From the human T2T-CHM13v2.0 reference genome, Homo sapiens: a DNA stretch of 64,000 nucleotides. Below are positions 55,935 through 64,000 of this stretch, piece by piece (position 1 is the stretch's first letter; each line of letters opens with the position of its first letter). The position numbers were made by a program, and so were the translations under genes. The stretch is from the NCBI RefSeq assembly GCF_009914755.1, contig NC_060937.1; one strand, 5' to 3'. Below the pieces are notes generated by a model, which worked only from the letters and a program-made list of their open reading frames with translations, searched no databases and was not told where the DNA came from.

Positions 55935-56344
55935 AGTATTGGATTGAATAGCGTAGTCCCAAAATTTGCTTCCCCCCAACCTCAGAAGGTGACCTTATTT
56001 GGAAAGAGGGCCTTTGCAGATGTTAGTTAAGATGGGATCATACTGGACTGGGGGGACCCTAAGTCCAATGACTGGTATCTTTATAAAAAGATCATGAAAG
56101 ACACAGAGACAGAGAAAAGACAGCTGCACGAAGAGATGGAAATTGGAGTGACGCAGCTGAGGAATACTAAGGATTGCCTGCAACACCAGAAGCTAGGGAC
56201 AGGCAAGAAAGGATTCTTCCCTAGAGCCTTTAGACACTTTGATTTCAGACTTCTGGCCTCCAGAACTGTGAGAGAATGCATTTCTGTTGTTTTAAGCCAC
56301 CCAGTTTGTTGTACTTTGTTACAGCAGCCCAGGAAACTAATATA
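55935..56344 (+). mobile_element. MLT1 (MaLR) solo LTR
   Basis: ggattgaatagcgtagtccc...gtgaccttatttggaaagagggcctttgcagatg...acagcagcccaggaaactaata. Confidence 0.88.
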
Positions 56345-56658
56345 ATGTCTAAAAATCTGAAATACTGGCTTCTATGGCACAACTGGACCCTTCAGAGAGG
56401 TATATTGGGAGAAGGCTCTTGGTGCCCCACAAGAGACCCACACCACCTGTCCTACCTATCCCAACCAGACGGCTTGGCAGGTGAGGGGAAGGAGCAAGGC
56501 TGAGAGGTGAACAGACCCTCAGCCATCACCATCGACAACTTGTAAAAATGTGGGGACCAACAAACACCCACTAACCTCTTTTTGCACTGGGCTTGTTCAG
56601 CTGCCTGCTGAGTGGGCTGAGAACAAAGACAGCTGCAGTCATGAATACATGAGCCAAT

Positions 56659-56820
56659 GCAGTGGTTATTAACATTTTGGTGTCATTGATCCTCAAAGAA
56701 CATGGTGTGACCTAGGGACTTTCTCCCCAGGAGACACATGCAGATACTCACTGAAATTTGCATACAGTTTCAGGGGTTTCACAACCCCCTGAAGCCTCTC
56801 CATAGAGGTAAGAACCTTTG
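56659..56820. mobile_element. MER117-like hAT-Charlie MITE
   Basis: cagtggttattaacattttgg...aatttgcatacagtttcaggggtttcacaaccccctgaagcc...gtaagaacctttg. Confidence 0.6.
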
Positions 56821-57728
56821 ATCTTCTAATCGAACAATGATCTGTCCAAATTTAAACTTACAGAAGAGGTACAGTTCCAACATTGGTGAGTAGTTTTGTT
56901 TCTGTGTATGAGCATTGAGTACAGAGTAGAAGCTCACCAAGTCAAATCCCAGCACTTTCCTTTCAATGAGAAATGTACTTAAACTTCTCAGCCTCGGTTG
57001 TCTTGTCTGAAAAATGAGAAATAGTGATACTACTTCCCAGAGCTACTGTCAGGATTAAATCAAATAATGTCAGCTATAGACTCCTGAAGCACCCTGGACT
57101 TCCCCTTCTAAACCCTGCATCCCCTTCTAATCATTCAACTTAAGCAGTTGTTCAGTAGCCATAACCCAGTAAATTGTAAGCTTCAGGAAAGCTTTATTCA
57201 CAACTGTATTCCCTGGGGCTCAGACTGTCTCGTTCAGCATGGTGCCCGGCGCATGGCTTCTGCTCAGTAAATGGTAGCTCTTATGAATATCCAGCTCAAA
57301 CTGGTAATGACAAGGAAGCATTGCTAGACAACGAAAGGGTATCTGCTAAAATGTCTGCCTTCGGAAACCTATTGTGGACTCCATGGAAGAAGAACAAGTG
57401 CTGTCTTCTTTCTTTGTTGCTATCCTCAAACAAAGAAGTGAAGGATTGTTGCAAGACTCAAAGTCTGTCACTCCCACAGAGCACCAGGAAATGAGCCTCT
57501 TCCCTCAGATTCCCCCACCCCAGTTCTGATCCACATAGAGGCTTCTGAGACTCAACCCCATCTGTGAGTCTAAATGGACAAGACAGCAGCTGCTGAGTGG
57601 GAGGCAGCACCATCTCCGGAGAGAGGCCCCAGCCCTTTCCCAAGAAGGTGTTACTTTTGATTTCCTTCAAGTGTGATCAAGGTGGGTGAAGGGTGGCTGC
57701 TGGAAGTCTAGGCGAGGTGTGGGCTGGC

Positions 57729-57810
57729 TGAGTCAGGGCTGGCCACGTTCCCCTTGGGAAATTCCCATAGGGAGGGAGCAGGTGGCAGTTGTCAACTGGG
57801 AAATTAACCT
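57729..57810. promoter_or_regulatory. AP-1 + NF-kB motif cluster
   Basis: TGAGTCA at 57729-57735; GGGAAATTCCC at 57756-57766; weaker GGGAAATT near 57798. Confidence 0.4.
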
Positions 57811-59009
57811 GGCGTGACTTTAAGATCAATGGGTAGATTGTAATCTGCCCACAGAAAAACCTGGGTCTAATTAAGGGACAGCACTCTGGGTGGAAGTGAG
57901 ATCCTATGTTTGGAATGAAGTCCTTCACCTTGGCCTTCTCTGTTTCCACCTCTCTAGTTCACAGGCATGTTGTTAGAATAAATCAAATGAAATGATAAAT
58001 ACATACATTTGAAAACTGAAAAAGTGCTCATGGAGTAGATTAATAAAATAGTATATAAAAGAATAAGGCAGATTTTCATACTGTTACTAAAAAAGTTTAA
58101 TTAAAATGCTATTGAAAAGTATTAATGCAATTTATTATTATTAATTTGCCTCCACTTAGCACCAGGGAGCAATTTCCCCATTTTAGGGGATGGAGGCCTG
58201 GCCAAGGAATCAGGATCTGTAGGTGACTCTTATTTGATTAGCCATGTTTGCTTCAGGGCACCAAATCACAAAGGAATAAAAAATACCAGAGCTGCCCAAC
58301 AATGAAAAGATTTCTTAGAGACATTTTAGGCTTCCTCTCAAATCCTCGTGTTTTACATATATTACAAATTCTTAGCCCAAGTCCAAAAGATGGACTATAA
58401 ATAAACTTGCAGACAAGCATTAAAAGGTAGAAGGTTCAGGGTGACATGGGACCCCATGAATGAAATCTAGAGATAGGGACTTGTTCCTCCCGGACCAAGA
58501 TAAACTCCCAGGGAAAACTTCTACAACCTGGAGACAAAGCAGGACTATTTCCCAGGAGAGGAGAACAAACAGCTTTTTATCAATAATGACTACCATTGTG
58601 TTGGATATCAACTATGCACTAGATACCTTCTCTGCATCACTTCTAACCCTCAAACAAGTCCCAGTTTATAAATGAGATTGAGAGAGCTCACATGAAGTGT
58701 AAGATCACAGAGGCTAAAGAAAGGTGGGCTCCAGGTTTGAACCAAGGCCTACCTGTTCTGTCAGCTCACCCTTCTCAGCCGTGCTGCGGTTATTCACCAT
58801 GAGACCCAGAGGAGGTGACACTGCCTGCCGTGGTGAATGGGTGTGATCACATGAGGTCCAGCCGGGCATTTTTGCAGGCTGGGCTGTGCCTCTTCCCTAA
58901 TCTGGGACAGTTATACTGCCAGAAGTTCAAAATTAGGCTAGACAACCCATTTTCTTAGCTTCCATCCAGTAAAATAAAAGTTTTAAAACCAGACATGAAA
59001 AAATGTGGG

Positions 59010-59390
59010 TTTTTTTAACTTTTTATTATGGAAATTTTCAAATACACACCAAAGTTAAGAGAATGGTAAAAGTTATCCCCCCTGTGCCATAACCCACCTT
59101 CAACTACCATCAGCATTTTACCATTCTTGTTTCATCTATTCCTCCTATTTTCTGGAATATTTTAGGTAATCCCAGACCTCAAATCATTTCACCTATAAAC
59201 ATTTCAGTATTGACCCTAATACATAATGACTTAAATTTAACATGACCGCAAGTCCACTATCACTCTTAAGAAAAGTAATAATTCCTTAATGTGTTTGATT
59301 TTTCCCCAGTTGTCTCCAAAATGTCTTCTTATAGTTGGTTTGAATCTGGTCCACATATTACAAAATTTGGTTGTTTTAGTCCTGTGCAAT
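59010..59390 (-). mobile_element. Old L1M (L1MC/ME-like) 3' fragment
   Basis: ttttattatggaaattttcaaatacacaccaaag...aatcccagacctcaaatcatttcacctataaacatttcagtat. Confidence 0.7.
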
Positions 59391-60017
59391 TTCTTTTATG
59401 TAAAAAATATTTTGTAAATACGGGAACATGATTGCTGGGTGGTCTAAGAGATTTCTTTCACAATGAATGTAGGAAGACAGAACCACCCAAGCAAATCAAA
59501 CTACAGTATCCAAGCAGGGTACTTCATGTTAGTTGAAATTATTTCAGCATTAAGAATTGATTCCTATTCTTGCGGTAGGCACAGAGTGGATTTTCCTTAT
59601 AATGAAGACTGTGTGCACCAACGAGGGAAACAGAATGTGCATGGAACGGGTGTGAAGTGAACTTGGTGATCACCTTAACAGTCCATGCAGTTGTTCTGAA
59701 GTAAAAGAACTGTTTCTTAAAAAATAAAAACAGTATATGCAGCACCAACAATAATGGCAATCAGTTGATATTTGCAAATACTTTAAAAAATTAACAATCA
59801 GTTTTATACTCTCCCTCCTTTAGAAAATAAGGCATACGTGTTGACGTCATTTTTGTGTTTTGTAATTAACACATGAGAAGATGATGCAAGGATAAACAAT
59901 ATTTGTACACTCCCAGGCCTCAGTTTCTTTAGCTTCGAAATGGTGGTGTCTGGTGTCGAGGTGTTGGTGATGATCTTTAAAGGGATCTTCCAGTTAATCA
60001 TCAGTAGTGAATTACCA

Positions 60018-60411
60018 TGGTGTGCCACCCAGACACCCCTTCAAGACTGAGACACTCATTTCCCAGGTTGCCTGGAGTCTTGGCAGCTGATGGCTCACAG
60101 TTAAGTTTCTCCCCAAGAATGACTCTTGGCCCAAGCACATCCCTTTTCCAGGGCCCACCCACAACCATTGACTAGTTGATGTGGAAGGTGTTAAGGCCCA
60201 GGCCTCATGCTTCATTTGAGACAATTCTAAAAGGCCATCCCTCTTTAGGATGGTCAGGGCCTCTGCTGCAACTGTATCAGAGTCCAGTACTCCCCTCTGC
60301 GCACTACTGCTTTCCTTACTCCTTACAGGTAATGTTCAAAAGAGCACTCCCCAATAAACTTCTCACACACAAATCTGAGTTTCAGTCTGTTTCCTGGGAA
60401 CTGACCTACAA
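60018..60411 (+). mobile_element. LTR16-like (ERVL) solo LTR
   Basis: gtgtgccacccagacaccccttcaagactgag...agcactccccaataaacttctcacacacaaatct...gtttcctgggaactgacc. Confidence 0.75.
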
Positions 60412-60744
60412 TAGCTTCTATAATTCCATGATCTGCTTCTGCAGGTCATCAGCCGAGACCCTACTACATTTATCTGGTGCCCAAACCCCAACATTTATGG
60501 CTCAAGTGCAATGGGCTGACGGCCAGAAAGAAGATGGCTTCCTTTGGAATACAAGAGTTCTGAGCCCACAAAGCAGAAGAGAACCACACCCAGGCCAAAC
60601 TGATATCCCAAATTCCTCAGGGGTCAGATCATTTTCATAATCCTGCACAGCTAAAACTGCCATCACAGTTGTGAACCCAGAAAAAGAATGTCAGCAAAAC
60701 TACCCAGAAATGATAAAGGCAACAATATTTCCATGTACTAAGTA

Positions 60745-61130
60745 ACACAGCAGCCAGAGTGAGCCTTTTAAAATTAAAGCCAGGTCATGTCACCCCCAAA
60801 CTCAAAACCCTCCAGTGGAAAGTCGTTCTTCTCATCTCACTCATAATATAATCCCAAATTTCTACCTTGGACTCCAAAACCTAACATGCTGCTGCTTATC
60901 TCTCTGACCTCATATTCTACCACTCTTTCCCTTATTCAGTCTGCTACAACCAACACTGGTCTTCTCGCTGTTTCCAGAACATTCCAAGACCACTCCTGCC
61001 TCAGTGTTTTTGCCCTTGAGGTTTCTTCTGCCTGGATTTCTCTTCCCCCAGTAGCCACATGGTTTCACCTGCATTTCCTTCAGGTCTATTATCAAATGCC
61101 ATCTTATCAAGGATGCCTTCCTGCCTTTTC
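60745..61130 (+). mobile_element. L2 fragment
   Basis: cagcagccagagtgagccttttaaaat...catgtcacccccaaactcaaaaccctccagtgg. Confidence 0.7.
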
Positions 61131-61134
61131 CATA

Positions 61135-61900
61135 GATGGGTCTTCAAAATAAGGTGCTTGCTCCTCGGTTCACAAAATCTTTCCAAGGAGTACCTGGGCA
61201 CTTAGGTAGTTTAAGGGAAATAATTTTCATGAGCCTCAAGCTCTGCCTGCATTCATTCCTAAATTTGAGTATCACTACGGTCAAGCCATTTCTCACCCCT
61301 GCTTTCATAAGAGATCCTTTTCCCACCTTACAAAAGAAATATTTACTTGACCCTCATTTCAAATCTTATAATGATGCATTGTCTATGCAAAACCTCCAGG
61401 GTGACTGGCAAAGGTTTATTTGAATGTTGAGGTTGTTTTTGAGAAAGTGCAATGACTCTGATGACTAATAAAATATCTTTTTGCAATTCAAGTAGTTTCT
61501 AACTCATTACTTTCAACAAAATGAAAGGAGTCTCTAATAGAGTTATTCATGATAGATACCTAAAAATAATTTTGATGAAAGATCACCAAGTGATTTCTGG
61601 CGTTTAACTCAGAAGGAATTCAGAGACTTGAGTAACACTGCTCTAACAGAAACTTTCCATGCTTATCTTCTTAGGGATGCAGACAAGATTTCTTTAGGAC
61701 TTCCATCTACAAAAACCAAGATAGTAATATAATTGGTGTTGAGCCTTGTATCATTCAAGCAGTAAGTCATACTCAGCCATGGGTATATGAACTAATTATG
61801 ATTTAAAAGGGAGACCTAGACTATTTCATAACAAGACGCATTTCCCATGAAATTGTGCTTTTTATGTTACAAGAAATTATTAAGGTTTCTAAGCATAAAA
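61135..61900 (+). mobile_element. Charlie-type hAT transposon remnant with degraded transposase C-terminus
   Basis: Frameshifted remnants gatttctgg..aaggaattcagagacttgagtaacactgct (DFW..KEFRDLSNTA) and ggtgttgagccttgtatc (VEPCI), resembling the hAT dimerisation domain. Confidence 0.55.
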
Positions 61901-61974
61901 ATAAGTTATATTAAGATAAAAATCTGGGGGAGGAGTAAAATGGAAATACAAGTTCGGAGAGAAAATGGGATGAT

Positions 61975-62130
61975 GTTAGGTGTTCTCACCACTAAAAATG
62001 GTAAGTATGTGAGATAATGCATATTTTAATTAGCTCAACTGAGCCATTCCACAATGTATACGTTTCAAATCATGTTGTACACGATAACCAGATATAATTT
62101 TATTTATCAATTTAAAGTAAAATAAAAGAA
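61975..62130 (+). mobile_element. L1MA 3' terminal fragment
   Basis: tgttctcaccac...aagtatgtgagataatgcatattttaattagctc...gccattccacaatgtatac. Confidence 0.75.
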
Positions 62131-62223
62131 AACTGATGTAATATTTCCAATAAAGACGACCTTTTTTATGAGCTTTTTAAATAAATAGATAAATAGATGA
62201 TGGTAGATATTAAATTAATATGA

Positions 62224-62538
<315 letters not shown>

Positions 62539-62664
62539 CACTAGATACATTTTAAGAAAATATATAATCATTTAATTTTTCAGCAAAAGCAATACATTTT
62601 ACAATATATAGAAAGTTAATTCTTTACAACTACTAATGATAAAATTTAGAAGTCCATTTAAAAA

Positions 62665-64000
62665 TGGTAAGAATTGTCACTATTAATGCCATGGAAATTA
62701 AAAGGACAATAAAGGAATGTTATGAAAAATTTTATGCCCACAAACTTGATAACTTAGATGAAATGTACCAATTCCTTAAAGACACAAACTATCATATTTC
62801 ACAAAGGAGAAACAGATAATCTGAATACATTTATATCTATAAGATAAATTGAATAAATAATTAATAACCTTCTACAACGAAAGCACTAGGCCCAGATGGT
62901 GAATTCTACCAAACATGTCAGGAAGAAATGATATTAATTCTCCACAATCTCTTCCAGAAAAACTGAAGCAGAGAGAACACTTCCTAACTCATTCTAAAAA
63001 GTCAACATTACCTTAAGGAGGAATAAGTTCTAGTATTCTCTAACACTGTAGGATGACTATAGTTAACAATAATATATAGTTTAAAATAGCTAGAAGGAGG
63101 ATATTGAAGGTTCCCAATACAAGGAAATGATCTTTGAGATAATGGAATGCTAATTACCCTGATCTGATCATTATATATTATATGTATTGCAACTTCAATA
63201 TGTAGCCCATAAATATGTATAATTATTATTGTCAATAAAAAAAATTTAATGAAAAAAATATATTACCAGAAAGGAATACAGATTACCAGATACAGACCAG
63301 TATCTCTCATGAACACAGATGCAAAAATCCTCAATAAAACATTAGTAAATTGAATTCGACAATGTATAAAAAGGATTATAAACCATGGCCAAGTGGGACT
63401 TCTTCCTCCAGATATGCAAGGCTGGTTCAACATTCAAAACTCAATCAATGTAATTTACCATATTAACAGACTAAAGAAGAAAAATCATAAGATTTTATTA
63501 ATTGATGGATAAAAGTCATTTGACAAAACCCAACACTCACTTATGATTTTTAAAACTCTCAGCAAACTGGGAACAGAGAGAAACTACCTCAACTTGATAA
63601 ATAAAAAAAAACCCTCAAAAATCCTGCAGCTATTATATTTAATGATGAAAAACTAGACACTTTCCTCTAAGTACCTTGGGAACAAGGTAAGGGTGTCCTT
63701 TCTCATTACTCATAATCAGCATTGTACTAGAAGACTTAGCTAGTGCAATAAGACAGGCAAAGGAAAGAAAAGGTATGTAGAATATGAAGGAGGAAATAAA
63801 ACTGTCTTTGTTCACAGATGACATAATTGTCTATACAGAAAATCCCAAAGAATCACTAAAAATCTCTTAGGACTAACAAGCTAATATAGCAAGTTTGCAG
63901 ACTTACTATAGAACAGTCCATTGTTTTTCTATACCAGCAATTAAAAAATCATAATTTGAAGTTGAAAAAAACAATATAATTTACAATAGCACTAAAAAAA
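62665..64000 (+). mobile_element. Old L1M ORF2 (RT region) fragment with a nested L1MA 3' end (about 63013-63260)
   Basis: agaccagtatctctcatgaacacagatgcaaaaatcctc (RPVSLMNTDAKIL), tctttgttcacagatgacataatt (SLFTDDII, degenerate FADD motif); many stops. Confidence 0.9.

Overview
Primate (almost certainly human) non-coding genomic DNA, intergenic or deep-intronic. It is dense in interspersed repeats: about 19 Alus, old and younger L1 fragments, L2, MIR, MaLR/ERVL/ERV1 solo LTRs (MLT1, MLT2, MSTA, MSTB, THE1, MER31, LTR16) and DNA-transposon fossils (Tigger3, MER30, MER1B, MER45, MER117, Charlie). I can support no protein-coding gene, tRNA, rRNA or CRISPR array. The ORF track consists of Alu/L1 translations and chance ORFs, and I could not identify the locus. 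Repeat subfamily names come from remembered consensus sequences and need RepeatMasker/Dfam confirmation. The most interesting signals are: (1) a perfect CACGTG-n5-CACGTG carbohydrate-response-element (ChoRE) palindrome at 11537-11553; (2) motif-dense candidate enhancers (RFX X-box + NF-kB near 47.2-47.4 kb, AP-1 + NF-kB near 57.7 kb, a CpG-richer block with TCAAGGTCA sites at 18.3-19.8 kb); (3) several local duplication or template-switch scars between 41 and 53 kb; (4) a twin-primed inverted L1; and (5) several plus-strand exon-like units suggesting a spliced non-coding transcript. I do not see clear evidence for a wholly new biological system.
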